64,000 nucleotides of DNA from Paraspadella gotoi (taxonomy: Eukaryota; Animalia; Chaetognatha): assembly GCA_051294375.1 (NCBI GenBank), contig CM119266.1:411132-475131 (forward strand), read 5' to 3'. The position numbers and the translations under genes are program-made. The notes beneath the pieces are model-generated. The model was not told the DNA's origin. It saw only the letters and a program-made list of their open reading frames with translations, and did no database searches. Positions 1 through 13,545 of this stretch are shown here, in pieces (positions within the stretch are counted from its first letter, which is position 1; every line of letters starts with the position of its first letter).

Positions 1-1704
1 AGATCTTTCAACAAAGCCACTCTGGCCGGAACTCACCAGCAAATCACTTTCACTGGCGCGCAAGGTGGGTGTGAGAGTTTTCAAAGGTTCGTGCTCTGAC
101 AGATCCAATAATTAATGACTAACTTTGACATTCTTAGGTCAAAAGCTTTGCTTTCTCCTTCCCAATGACATCATTCAGAAAGGTTCCGTGAAATTCCAAT
201 ACGACCCGAAATCGAAACATGTTACGGTAAGCGAATAAGTCCATCGTGTGCAGTTATATATTTAATATATATTCTAATACACTTTAATACTTACTATATA
301 TATAATTACTATATATATACTTATATATATATATACTTTACAATAATAATCTACAAACTGATAAAAACGACCTTAACTTAAGCGGTATTCTTCTTTCCTA
401 ACTTCTTTCCTCGGGTTTCTGTTTCTTTTTAGGTTGTGTCAACCGCCGGCGGAGAGACGTCATCTCCTCAGATGGCGTTCCCCGTTGTACCGTCGGGTCA
501 AAAGCCGCCGCCACCCATCATCCTTAGCGGCGGAAGGGGTGGGGCGCCGATCCCGAGGATGGCGCAAGGTGGAATCCCGTCCAACCCTCTAACAGCGCAA
601 CAAGGAAACCGACAGTGGAACAGGTTGGCATATTATTTATCAATTTTCATAACTAATCTTTGAAACTGCAGTTCGGTACCAGAATTTTTTTTTTCCGCCG
701 CACCCTCTCATTTACAGACAAGGTAGCCCTTCGGGACAGCAACGCGTACCCGTGGATCCGCAGACCATCATCCAGTGCTATATCTGCAAGGGAAAAGTTA
801 TGGCGCAGGACTTGCCGTTGCACGTGAAAAACGCTCACCACAACCAGCCGGAAAACGTGAAGCAACAGGCATTGCGCGCGCGATACACGACCGGCCCCAA
901 TATAGCTCCCAAGCCCTCTCCGCCGGTCATCACACTGGACGATTCCCCGCGAAAGCCATTCGGAAATCAGAGGTCCGGATCACAGACGCGGGGCGTGGTC
1001 GGTTCCGGTTCGCAAGCGGGAAGTTTGAGGATAAACCCAACGTTACAGGCCGGCAAGGGTGAGTGCTCGAAGAATAAATGTCGTTTTTAATTTGAGGATA
1101 TTTATAGATTATTTTTGTCCACCCTTAAAGATGTGTATAAGGTCTCAGTGATTGAACGTATTTTCTCAGGCACAATGAATCCACAGGCGCGACTCTCGCA
1201 AACGCTCAGCGTGGGATCGGGAAGCAACGGCAACGCTGACTCGACAGGAGGAATTTATCCTTGCAAATGGTTAGTTTTTCTGGTTAACACCTTTTGAGAG
1301 ATCTCTGACTGAACGCATCCCGCACATTCAGGTGTCCGGCCAAGTTTTACGCAAAGCACACCCAGTTTGCCCACTGCCTCAAGGAGCACTATAATCAGAT
1401 AATCAAAGAAGAGCGTGGAAGTTTCGAAAAGTTTCTGCAAGACTCGCAAAAAGTAAGTTTAATTAACGTAGTAGACTTTAGGTTTAAGGCTATTTTAGTT
1501 TCACGATTTTTCGGGATATAATAAATATTAAATAAATATAATAAATAATAGTAACCGAAAAACAAATTTATTTTGATTAAATATTTCCGATTTTCTCCAC
1601 AGATGACGCCCTCGTCTCGAAAATCAGAAAAGGGAGAGGACGGGGAGAAGAAGGAAACTGGGCCCGAGAGGAAGGCTGCCGAGGAAGTGAAAGCGGATGC
1701 TTAA
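1..1704 (+). CDS. 3' portion of a spliced C2H2 zinc-finger protein gene (5' end outside window)
   Basis: GT-AG exons at about 138-226, 433-622, 717-1058, 1170-1269, 1332-1452 and 1603-1704. They encode fingers CYICKGKVMAQDLPLHVKNAH and CKW/CPAKFYAKHTQFAHCLKEH. Stop TAA at 1702-1704. Confidence 0.75.
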
Positions 1705-3909
1705 ACCGCCGTGCCCTCGCTAAACTTCGTCCTTCTGTCTCCCTAGTGACGTAAAGCTTAACACTCCGGCGGACTCTGCTTTGTATTTATTCGATTAAAT
1801 CTATTCCTTCCCGCTCTTCCGATTTAAAACCAACAAAAACAACAAGATTGGTTCGCTAAACTCTTTTTCGCGACTTGATCTGATGGTCGATTCATTTTTA
1901 GCCAAATATCCGAACTCAGAGCCCTGACCCCAACCCCCCCCTTCTCTTTCTATCCGGTGCGCTCTTTATCTAAGATTTCCTCGAAGTTAAACTGCGATGT
2001 TGCTTGTTGATGCGATGATATTTTACCATTTAATGGTGAACTCGAACTGTTGATAGGTAATCGCGTTTAGTGGTTGAACCAAGACAAATACGGTTAAGCA
2101 TGGGGACCCCTATTTTTATTTAAAAAACCATCAAGTGCACATTTTTAATATCCTGCGTTTTGAACTGGGAAATATCAACAAAAAGCTAAGACTAGGTTGA
2201 AGGACATTAGTAGTATATATCCATGGAGATTTTTTTCGTAATAATCGCTACAAGCAAGTACGCGAATGACCATCTTAATATTTATAACCCCGTCTATTGC
2301 TAAGACTACTGTATTGAAAAAGATATAGAATAACGGGGCTTTCTCGTTGTTTGTATTGTGAATTTGCCTGTAACACATTAACTCTTTTTGCCTTGATTTT
2401 TGTCCCCCATTATGATTGATACAAACTACGTAATAAACAATTGTATTCTGTAAAGTCTTTGGTATTCGTGCAGGATAACCTATAAAAATTATCTCATCCC
2501 AAGTTTATTTCTCAATAATTTATTCTGTCTGTTATCATTCATTAGTTCTTAGTTCTTGCAAAAGTTAAAGGCTACGTCAATCCAAATACTAGTTAGAATT
2601 ACAATATGAAAGATAAAAACGTAATATTTAGCTTTGTTTGATACATTTTAATTATGTTAACTTTGGTTGAAGAGCATTTTTGAGGTAATTACTATTTGAG
2701 CAGTAAGCGTTATTTAGTTTGATACTGCGAAATCTTTTGTTGATAAAAAAAGATGTCCTCCTCTTCGTCCAATTATAGATCTCTCTCTCTCTCTCTCTCT
2801 CAAAATGGTAGCGCCACCGCATTTCGTGCATATGCAGTTGGTGGTATCTCAGCGCAGACAAAATTAAAGAGATATGTTGATACTGATGATAGAATCCCCT
2901 TCGTAAACATGATCATTTTAATACGTTTTATATCTGAATAAACGAAAATCTTAAAACTAAAAGTAAGAATTTTCCGTTATTCTTTCCATTTCCTTAAAGT
3001 AAGATCTTTCTAAACCGATTATGGAGGTAACACCCACTGCCATTAATTTGTTCTACATTTAGTTGTTTATTTTGAACTTTTAGTTATATCTGTTCGCTAA
3101 AACATAAAAAACTCAGTCCAAGAAACTCGGGGACAACTGACGGCTTCGATTAAAGTCTCTTTCAAGACGGAAACTGAAGGAGGCTGCTGCACTGAGGAAA
3201 GGACCGTCTTCTTCGACTCGGCTCCAAGAAGAACCCTTCCACCGGCGAGACCTCGGCGCCGGTTAGGGCAGCTTTCCGGTGCTTTTTTTGGGAATCTGAA
3301 TGAGCGAGCAACAAGATTGGTTGCGTTACGAAACGTACTTAAGGTGAGAATGAGGAATATCGGCGTGATTCGCCACAGAGAATAAAAACAGAACTCGAAG
3401 TTACATCATTTTCATTCTGAGCAGAAATGTACATTACGTAGTCGGTTTGTGGTTTTTGCTCTTGAAATTAGATCAGTTTTAAAAATTAGCTAGTCTTTGT
3501 ACACTTTATATGAACTTTTTAATAAATTTGAGTTAACTAAGAACTGGGAATCGCGATCAGTGCCTCGCCGGTTCTTTCCGTCTCGAGTGTCCTTAAGACA
3601 CTGAAAAGGAATCTGTCGATATCGATCGATCTCATTGTTTCGACGCCTCCCGTCCGAGAAAAGGAATTTCCTTTCCATTTTATGCTTCTTTACTTTTTTC
3701 TTCGTTTGTTTTTGTGAACTATAAGTGTTGTTTTAACTTTTTTAAATATTTTTATTTTCAACTGGATTCACTTAGTAAACTGCACCAGGGGTAAATTACA
3801 GTACTTGCAAAACTTTGTACGTGAACACATGCATTTGAATTATATATGTTGTTCGTCTCTTTCAGCCAAAACCACAAATCCCCCAGCCCCTGATACACCC
3901 GTCGCGAGG

Positions 3910-6900
3910 ATGGTGCTGTCCGGCCGCCAACGCGAGGAGCTTAACAAAGCCATCGCAGAATACCTCGGAGCCAACGGGTATTTGAACACACTCAATGAGT
4001 TCCAGAAGGAGGCCGACATTAGTTCGAGTCAGGACGTCGACAAGAAGTTTGTGGGTGAGTGTATTTTGCTTTATTGCGGCTCGACATTAGCACTGCCATC
4101 AATTTACATCGCCCGACTTCCTGTCTCGGATTTCAGAGTACGGTCAAAGTCGAGCGGAAGGTATAAATCGCTAGTAAAAGGAAACGTGGTGTTGTTGCTG
4201 TGTTCTATCGTTATCTTTTATTTCATGACATCATTCCTTCTGCAGTGTCATTAAACATTTTTTTCCCCGGCAAGTTGCAGTGAGCAAAATGTCCTTTAGT
4301 TGATACGTTATTGAAAATTGCCTATTAAAAATTTATCCGGTTATCAATGCTTTTTTGGGGAGGATGTTTTTATATTTAATTTGATAATTTTTTGTCAGGT
4401 TTGTTGGAAAAGAAATGGACTTCCGTGATCCGGTTGCAAAAGAAAGTCATGGATCTCGAGCAAAAGTTAGCTGAAGCAGAGAAAGAGTTTTCTACAGGTA
4501 ATTAAAAAAGATTAAATATGATTTGATCTAAAGTTTTTACAAAGGTTGCCGTCGATTATCAATCCATCTAAGTAATGATTTTCCTTCCTTTTGTCTTATC
4601 CGCAGGCGGACCGACTCGAGAAAAACGGTCTCCTTCAGAATGGATACCCCGGCCTCCCGAAAAGTATTCCCTCGCCGGTCACCGCTCCCCCGTTACCAGA
4701 GTCATCTTTCACCCCGTCTTTTCAGTCATGGTCTCCGCTTCCGAAGACGCCTCCATCAAAGGTCAATCAATTGCTGTTTTACTTAGTTTGAAAGTTGATG
4801 TTGATATTTTTGGTAAACTTGTATCAATTGAATGAAGGTGAGAACTCTGCATCTGCAATGCCCGCTACAAACCTTTCTCGCTACTCGGTAGATTTTTTTT
4901 TTAAATTGCCACCTTTAAAATTGACGCTTTTTCGTACATCCGAAATGCACAGTTGTGCACATTGTTGCGAATTTTTTCTTTTTGAATCCATTACAAACCT
5001 TTTGTCGCAGTTTGGGATTACGAGACTGGAGATTTCGAGCGAACGCTAAAAGGACACACGGATTCAGTGCAAGACATCGCTTTCGACCACGCCGGGAAAT
5101 TTCTCGTCTCGTGTTCCGCCGACCTCACGCTAAAGCTTTGGGACTTTCAGGTACGATATATGGTGATGATATCGATTGCTTGATGGTGTGATTTCATTGA
5201 CGTGATGTTGCCACCGCGATTGCTTGCATCCATGCATTTGAAGGGTTGTTGAAAATTCTAACTTGATTATTTCTCCCCAAATTGCTATGGTTTCCTTGAC
5301 ATACACTTAAACATTTCAGAGTTACGAATGCGTGAAAACCATGCACGGACACGATCACAACGTCTCCTCCGTGGCTTTTGTACCTAATGGAGATTTCATC
5401 ATTTCTTGTTCTCGAGACAAAACGATTAAAATGTGGGAGGTTGCGACGGGGTAAGTATTGTCGATAACGCCGGATAATATAGAAAACGGTTATTTATCGT
5501 TTCCGAGTGAGGTTAATCTGACGAGGTATTATTTTTATATAAATCAATAGATTTATATAAATCAATAGATTTATATAAATCTTGGGATAGCAGGCAAGGG
5601 AAGACCTTACTGTCAGTAAAGTACAGGCCGGTCTTTCATAAGAGCAATGACAGTTTAACTTGCCGCACGTCGCCGTTGAAACGTTCTGCTCATCCTTCTC
5701 CGCAATATCGCTTTACCGTCGGCCTACCCTCCAAAAATGATTTTTCCGGCATTCCTCGCGCTCTTCGCGACGTTGCTCGTCCTTTCGTCGAGCGTTGAAG
5801 CCGGTGGGGGCGCAAAGTCTGATTCGCTGCCGATCGTGAGGAAAGACATGCTCGTTGACGAAAGCTTTCAACTGGAGTGAGACCGGAGATTTATTTTTTG
5901 TGGGAAAAAAGTGGGGGGGAGAAGGGGCGGAAAGATTAGAATGGTTTTAACGATGACATCCGCCCCCGCAGCAAGGGCGATGGCTCGTCGAAGGAGGTTC
6001 CGCTGAACGAGGAGGAAAAAGTCATGAGGATCTTGGACATTCTCGAGAAAAAAACGGACGACGACGATTGAAGGATAAGAGACGTGTTGAAGTCGGCGGA
6101 AAGATTTATTGCTAAAAAAGATTATATTTCGAGCATCCTAATTTTTCAGATGTTCCATAATTGTTACAAGCGAAATAAAACCTACCTGGTCCTGGGCTTT
6201 CTTGTTTTACAATCGATATATTTTGTCTTTAATTCTCAGGGTCGTGTTTAGATAAGGAAAAAGCTTGATTTTGTTATTTAATTTAGTTTTATTTTTGAAT
6301 GTGCATGAGATAATTCACTTACAATTTATCAGGTACTGCGTCAAAACGTTCTCCGGTCACCGGGAATGGGTGAGAATGATAAAACCAAATTACGACGGTT
6401 CGTTGATAGCTTCTTGCTCCAACGACCAGACTGTTCGGGTCTGGGTTACGGCAACCAGGGTAAGCGATAATTCTGGCCTAAAATATTGTGAATTTGAGCG
6501 CTACTAAATCGTATATTTATGCAGAAAATCTTATTTCTCCAGGAGTGCAAGGCGGAGTTGAGGGAACACGACCACGTGGTGGAGTGCGTGGAATGGGCGC
6601 CCGAATCGGCACACGGTCCGATCAACGATGCCGTCGTCGCCGACGCGACGACGACGATGACGTCGAACGACGTCGGCAGGAGCGGACCTTTCCTCATCTC
6701 CGGATCGCGCGATAAGACAATCAAATTCTGGGACATCAGCACGAGTGAGGAGGAGGGTGTTGTCCAAGGCGGAGACGGATTGCATATTTCGAGAAAACCT
6801 TTTTTTGTTGTCTCGATGGTCATCCTTTTTTAGTTGTTTGGAAGTCGACGTCATACACAATTCCTAGGGAAATTTACTGTTACTCACTACTACTATTTTT

Positions 6901-7523
6901 CCGTCGTTCAGGTGTTTGTTTGTTCACGCTCTCCGGCCACGACAACTGGGTGCGATCTCTCCTGGTGCATCCAGGAGGGAAGTTCCTCCTCTCATCAGCT
7001 GACGACAAGACCCTTCGAGTCTGGGATATCACCAACAAGCGGTGCACGAAGACTTTGAATGCCCACACCCACTTTGTCACGTGTTTAGGTACAACTACAA
7101 ATGAAAAGTGTTTGTTTCTGTGACTGGATTGACAGTACGGTCGAGGACGTCTCTGGCCGAGGTTTCAACCGTCCTTTCGGTCTCTGTTGGGTCAATTGAC
7201 GTTTCTTTTATTCTCTCTCTCTCGCTCTCTCTCCTCTCTCCTCTCTTCTGCTCAAAAGCCGACGCCGTAGGCCGCAAATTGTCGTCGTATGTTACTCTGT
7301 GTTATTCATTGTAATAAATATAATTCATTGTAAAATTGGTTTGCCTTCGCCAACGGCGCCATATTAAAAAAGTATGCGATTTTTTTTTGGTTTAAGAATG
7401 TTAGTCTGTCTCGTTATTACTAATTACAGCATTTTTTTTTATTCAACAGATATGCATAAAACGGCTCCCTACGTTATAACGGGATCCGTGGATCAAACGA
7501 TTAAGGTTTGGGAATGTCGTTAA
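3910..7523 (+). CDS. PAFAH1B1: Lissencephaly-1 homolog (LisH, coiled coil, WD40 repeats), 9 coding exons
   Basis: Exons 3910-4054, 4399-4497, 4606-4761, 5011-5150, 5320-5450, 6333-6459, 6543-6744, 6912-7088 and 7450-7523 splice in frame. Protein [19 protein letters not shown]...[20 protein letters not shown]...[10 protein letters not shown]...GHDNWVR...[14 protein letters not shown] has the diagnostic LIS1 motifs. Confidence 0.97.
5536..5580. repeat. Short 18-bp tandem repeat (TATATAAATCAATAGATT, about 2.5 copies)
   Basis: Directly visible. Contains TATA-like words about 160-200 bp upstream of the nested ORF. Confidence 0.8.
5737..6071 (+). CDS. Putative 79-aa secreted peptide gene nested in a LIS1 intron (exons 5737-5876, 5972-6071)
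   Basis: AAAATG start and hydrophobic signal-like N-terminus [28 protein letters not shown] donor at 5877, TTTTAAC branch-like site, CCCCGCAG acceptor ending 5971. The join is in frame (240 nt), stop TGA at 6069-6071, AATAAA at 6174. Confidence 0.6.
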
Positions 7524-10390
7524 AAGCCGGGACAAGAAAAAAGATAAAGAGCGACGAAGTACGGAAAAATGGGCAAATGTTCTGCAAAACTGTTACTTGT
7601 GATTGAACGAGAGGCAGAAGCTTTTTCTCCTCCCCCTCCTCTTCCCCTCCTCCTCACCCCTTCCCCTCTACACTCGCAACAAATTCCTTTTGTTAACGCT
7701 AACCGTGAGAAGTCTAAGATGGGAAGGCAAATTCGCCAACTCGGGGCTAATGAATCATTTTCTTGCGCGTTTCAGAAATCGAAGTAGTATTTTAAAATAC
7801 TTGTATGTTCAATTTAACCGCAACAGAAATGTAAAAAAGTGCGTTAACCGAAGAACTTTATTCGACTCGCGCGAGAGCGTAGAGAAAAAGTTCCAGAAGC
7901 AACAACCGAGAGAAAAGCGTTGTGCTATAAAAATGTGATAAATTCCACACCTCGGCCTCTCACCCGCTTTTCATATATAACTAGTATATCTCTTTCTTTA
8001 TCAACTGTGAAGTGATTTTTTTTGGCACCATAAGCAATGGCATAGGTCAAAAAAAGCAGTCCCTTTTGTTGAACCATTCGCTTCCCATATTTCTTTCTTC
8101 ATTATGTATTTATCTTTCTCGTATTTTCTAAATTTTATTTTAAATCTTAAGAAAAACTACGTACTCGTTTCAAAAATTTGGTGCTTTCATTGTGTCAGAC
8201 GACGATAGTGGTCTGACAGTTACGAGATTGTCACATGTTCATTGGCCGACGCTGCTCAAATTATGCCTTACGTGACGGTTCCAAACTTCATAGTTAATAT
8301 TTACTAGTCAGTGAAATTTGTATATAAAAATATTAATAAATCATAACATTATGCCATTTAAATAGTTATGTTCTTAATTTATCTATTATAACGGGAAGAA
8401 CTGCGCAATTTTAATTTTAATTAGTTTTTTTAAATTATGGTTTTGAAGTTTAAACCGCCATGTTTTTATTTCTTTTTTTTTTTTTGTTCTGTTGCTAGTC
8501 ATAAGCTTGTCAAATAAAATGATTGCCTCATTATTCAGATTTAAAATCAGGCACCAAAATTTGTCGAGCCAGTACAGGTATAAGTTTTAGCGACGAGTCT
8601 TTGATGTGAAAGATTCAAAGGTATTGTCTTGTTGCCTCTTGATGGGCTTGATTCTATATTCAAATACTCGGAAGAGGGGCGGCCTATTACTGCTTTTAAA
8701 CTTATAATTTTGTTGTTAACGTTTTATAAAAAGGGGAAATTATTTAGTATTTATTTCTTTAACAAACACCGTTAATATAGGACTTTTTTAAATCGGCACG
8801 AAACCGGAATGACGCTACATATATTATGTAATAGAGTTGTTCCCTTTGAATCATTTTTTTAGCTTATTGTATTGCGTGTTCGCGTTAATTCATAAAAAGA
8901 AAAAAACACGTGTTAATTAATAATCAGCTGAAAGTTTTTGGGAGCAATTGTATAAAATTGGTCTTGGTCCAAATTAGCTTGTACACAGTTCATATACATC
9001 TGAAATTGTTTTCAGTGACTTTTAATGTGAATATTTTAGCCTGTTAAAAGTAGTTGTGTGCTCTTCCAGTTCTTCTAACAACAACAAAAAAAATATTTGT
9101 GCCAACTTTATTACCAATTCGTTTATTTTTTTGCCGTTATTGCTTTCCTTATACTTCTGTCAATCCTCTAAAGGTGAACCTAGTTTGCCCAGTAATTCAT
9201 AAGTTAAACGGTCCGCGCAAACGGACGGTGGCGGTGAGATGAAATTCGTGTATTAGGTTAGTTAAATTTTAGGTGGAATAAGTTCTCATTGCCATTTGCT
9301 CTGTACAAGCTGCTTCTGATATTGTGAACAAATTGTCGGTCCCTTAATAATGAACAAGTACACAACTGCGCTGTATTTTTAAACAAGTATTCGTTATTTC
9401 CGTTATCAGTACCATTCGAAAAATAAGTTAGCTACAGTTAATGGCGAGCTGAATTTAGATAATTTTAACGAGTTTAATACAAATTCCTCGTACGATTTTC
9501 GGAGAAATGTGAGAAATTCCGGCGTGATCCCGATTTTGGTCTCAGCTGATTTAATAAAAAATAATCAGCCGTAAATACTAAATTTATAGTTCGGTCCAAC
9601 TGCTTAAGGCTACGCAGAAAAGCTGTTATATTAAGTGCCGACTCTTTTGTTGCAAAGATTCAAAGCTTCTTCATGCCTTTGTAAACTTACCTCCTGTTTT
9701 ATCTAATCCCTATGGCATAGGCTATGCCGGCTCTTTCATTCCAGTCTTGCCCCAGTTATATTACTCTCCTGTTCTCCGTGGCAGAATTTTATTCCCTTCC
9801 TAATGGTAACCCCAAATCAGGTCTACTCCGGACCCTTTTTTCGTTTTTTTTTTTTTTTTTCGTACGCTTTGTGTTGCGACGTTGCAAGTTAAGATTTGAG
9901 ATAGGTTGAACCCTGCTTTTGTACATAACTCGCCGAACCAAGTAAATATAGCAACTTTTATCACCCTTTGTAGTTTTCTTGTTTATTTTCGCGACTGTCT
10001 ATTTCATTCATTCTCCCTTAAAATCCTTTCCTTAAAACTCTTTTCATCTCAATTCTTCTTTCTGCTCCAGTCGCCTTTTCTCGACCCCTTCTGTGCGCTC
10101 CCTTGATTCGTGAGAGAAGCGTCTTTCAAACATTTGGCCCCGACTTCTGACCAAAACGTGATGAGATAGCCAAGAAAAATCCGTTGCGTCTTTGTGTTCT
10201 ACGGTTTGAATCCTGACATGGAGCTCGTCAGACGGTCGACAATCCTGGTCGGCCTTGCCAACGTTTGCAGAGTTCTCGCTTTGTGTCCACCGTTTCTCGG
10301 CGCGTTAAATAGTGACGGGAATGGTGAAGAGGGACTATTGTTACTTGTACGATTCGATTTGACATGTGGTCGAGACTGGCCTCATTTTTC

Positions 10391-10400
10391 NNNNNNNNNN
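10391..10400. other. Assembly gap (10 N)
   Basis: Run of n characters. Confidence 1.
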
Positions 10401-13400
10401 TTAATTCAATTTAAACACACTTTAACATAAAATCCGCTTGAAATCGAAACACGTTTCAGGTTAACCTTAAAGAAAAAAAAATCGAAAGACGAAATCACAA
10501 TACGAACACCACCAACATCGGCGAGAAAAGCAGGAGAACTGAAAAGACTTAAAACCGAAGCGTGATGAAATTGTGCACGCGCGCGCACAGCGTGTCAAGA
10601 CCAGAGGAGCGTCTTCGGCCTCGAGGTTTTCGTCCGTTTCCTTTCTTCCGTTTCGCTCCTTTTTCCTCCCTCAGTCCCTATTCCGCCCTGCAGTTGCCAG
10701 ACAGAGAGCTAGATTCGGAGAGAGGGAGAGAGAGAGACAGAGAGAGAGAGACCTCCCTCGCTCGCAGTCTCGCCGATGGTAAAGGAGGAAAGAAGCGAGG
10801 CGCGCTAGTTCCTTTAACGTGGAGGAAAAACGGAAGCGAAGCCGTCCGCGGTGCCCATGCGTGGGACGGAAACCGCCCACGGCTTATTTTCCTTTCGCCT
10901 CTAACAATTATTGTTGCCGAGTTTACAGATTGGAGGTTGTTTTATTGATTGAATTAATTGAATAAACTGATGTTTGAAACCTGAAAGTTTTAAGCGAAAA
11001 AAAATTTCTGTTTTCGGGAATGATGTCTAACTGAGGGATATCTCTGTTGTAAGATAATTACCCTGATTATACATGACATCGGTTAATATAGGTTCAGTGA
11101 CTTAATGGTTTGAAGGCTACTTGACTGGCTTCTTGGTATGACTAATGAACGAGAGGCTTACAATGTATTCAAGTATAAACCTATGAAAAGATAGCAATAA
11201 CATGTTATTATCTTAATGGATGCTAAAACTAAGTGTTGAGCTAGCCAGGGCATAGTGGTTCAAAACCGACCCTTGTAATCCTAGCTGACTAAGGGATAAT
11301 TCTCTGAGAATATATTTCTAAACATAGAAAAATCAGCTGGAATCTGCTACAGATGTTTTAATGTGAAAAGGCAGGACGAAGCAAAACTTATAAGCAACAG
11401 TCTCTCTCGATAGAAGTAATAGACCATAGTCATATGAAATTGGTACATCAGTGCTGATATCGTTTGGTAGTTTCGTTCTTTTTTAACAACGGACGACGGA
11501 AATTTAATAACTGTTCAAGTACTGAACGCATTGCACTCTGGATGTCGATAATGAAACCCTATATCTGAAGCCTTTATGAAATTTTTCGACGTTATATTAC
11601 CCCGCGCGACGAAAACGTCTCCTTTGCACGCGCGAAGATGTCTTGGATGGCTGCACGCGACTTCCTCATTTGGTGAGGCTGGCTCGGGACTTGGCGCCAA
11701 ACTGATTCCTCGTTCTGGATTTACGCGGTCGGGATAAATTGGGTGACAAACGAGTGGATTCCTCCGTTACCTTTTAATAATGATGTTTTTGAGGGCGTTG
11801 CCAATCAGATAAATTTAATTATAAGTTTATATCGATATAACTAATTTAATCGAATGAATTAACTTTTGACCAAATCAGTTATTCAAACTGATTTTAGCAA
11901 TCTCTCTCTTTAATGTTTGAAAGAAGCTATTCGGTTGATCCATTTCCTGCGTTGCTAATTATTATTCAACTTATTCAATATTTGTTAGTTTTTTAACATC
12001 TGCTACTATTTGAATTGATACAGCACTGTTTTTATTAAATTTTTTGGTCAATTGACCGGACTGATCAAATCTCTTGACTTCCTATTGGTGCTTAAATTAT
12101 GCTCCGTGCAGGATGAAACTAACGACACACCGCGGCTGCATGTATCACCCTTGATTTTAAAGAATCTAAACTTTCAGCCTCTCGAAAAGATTGAAGCCCG
12201 CGGACGGGGATATTCGGACCGATCCGGCCGAAGCCTAGCTAATCCTCAACCATCTCTCCGACTCGCACAAGAAAAAAAAACAAAAATCACCACCTAGCCA
12301 CGAACCGATTCATGCTTCGAAGCCCCAGATCTCAAAGAGGCCTCAGAAATTTTTTGCAGAGAAAAAATGAGACCCGTCGGGCTCGAACATTGATACCATT
12401 AAAAGTTTCGAGGACATCGAAAATCAGAAACAAAAAATTAAGAGAAAAATCCGGGAACCCGTCCTCCACCACCACCTCCTCCGAAGGAAGACGAAAGGGG
12501 CACAACTCTGGCTACAGTGGACGAGGAGAGCGGCCAGATAGAGAGAGCGAGTTGGGTCTCGGCATGGAGAGAAGCTGAGCGACGTCTCTCTTCTTCCTCT
12601 CTCTCTCTCTACCGCTGCCACAGCGAGAGGCGTCGTCGTTGAGAGTCTCGGCGGTTCTCTCCTCCTCTCTCTCTCTCGCTCTCTCTCTGTCTCTCTCTCT
12701 CTCTCCGCCAGCTGCATCGCATTCAACCTCCAGGCTGAGGACGACAACCACCGCGACGGTCTTCGAGAAGAGAAGAAGCGAGAGAGAGAGAAGAACTCGC
12801 CGAGTTTTTCGCCTTCGGATTCGCTCGATACGACGACGGAAAAAGGCGAGACGCACGAATCGAAAGGAAAAAAAATCCACTCTCTCTCTATCTGCGCTAC
12901 GAGACAATTCCGCTATATATTCATCATATAAAAAATTAAAGGCTGACCGTAGGACAGACTTCGAATCGCCAAAGTCTTCGACAAACTGAATTTCTCCGCT
13001 CGCTTCGCTTTTATCGGTTGAACTGCGTGAGTATCATGCTTGTCTGTTTGTTAATCATGTTTATTGTTATTTGTTTCGTTCAACTCCAGTCTTATCGGGG
13101 CTCGGGAACGCCGGGACCCACCTGACTAGTCGGGTTCGAGGGGGAGTAGAGCGCAAAGTCGGGGTATATTCAAGTTTCGGAATTTTATGATATAAATTGT
13201 GTTAACGATTTTTTATACTATTTTCGATGCATGTAACTATGTACTCGTATTATAAATCCATGAAACCTTCGACGTGGATCAGGTGTTCGAGTTACCCATG
13301 AACATAAAAAAATAGGAACGGGTTAAACATCGCTTCTAAAATCTCGAACGAAGCCGGCACCAATGGAGGAAACGACGACGGACACGACGACGACTATTCA

Positions 13401-13439
13401 TACCGCCATCGAGTCACGAGACGGCGACAACCCAAAGGC

Positions 13440-13545
<106 letters not shown>

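Noticed and set aside
2880-2915. CTGATGA...CGTAAACATGATC hammerhead-like string
   Set aside because: The GAAA box and GUC site are both disrupted and there is no convincing stem II.
4079-4260. Possible H/ACA snoRNA in LIS1 intron 1 (two hairpins, ACA at 4255)
   Set aside because: No ANANNA H box between the hairpins, and the first stem is only 7 bp.
5163-5270. C-box-like GTGATGA in a LIS1 intron
   Set aside because: No downstream CTGA D box or terminal stem.
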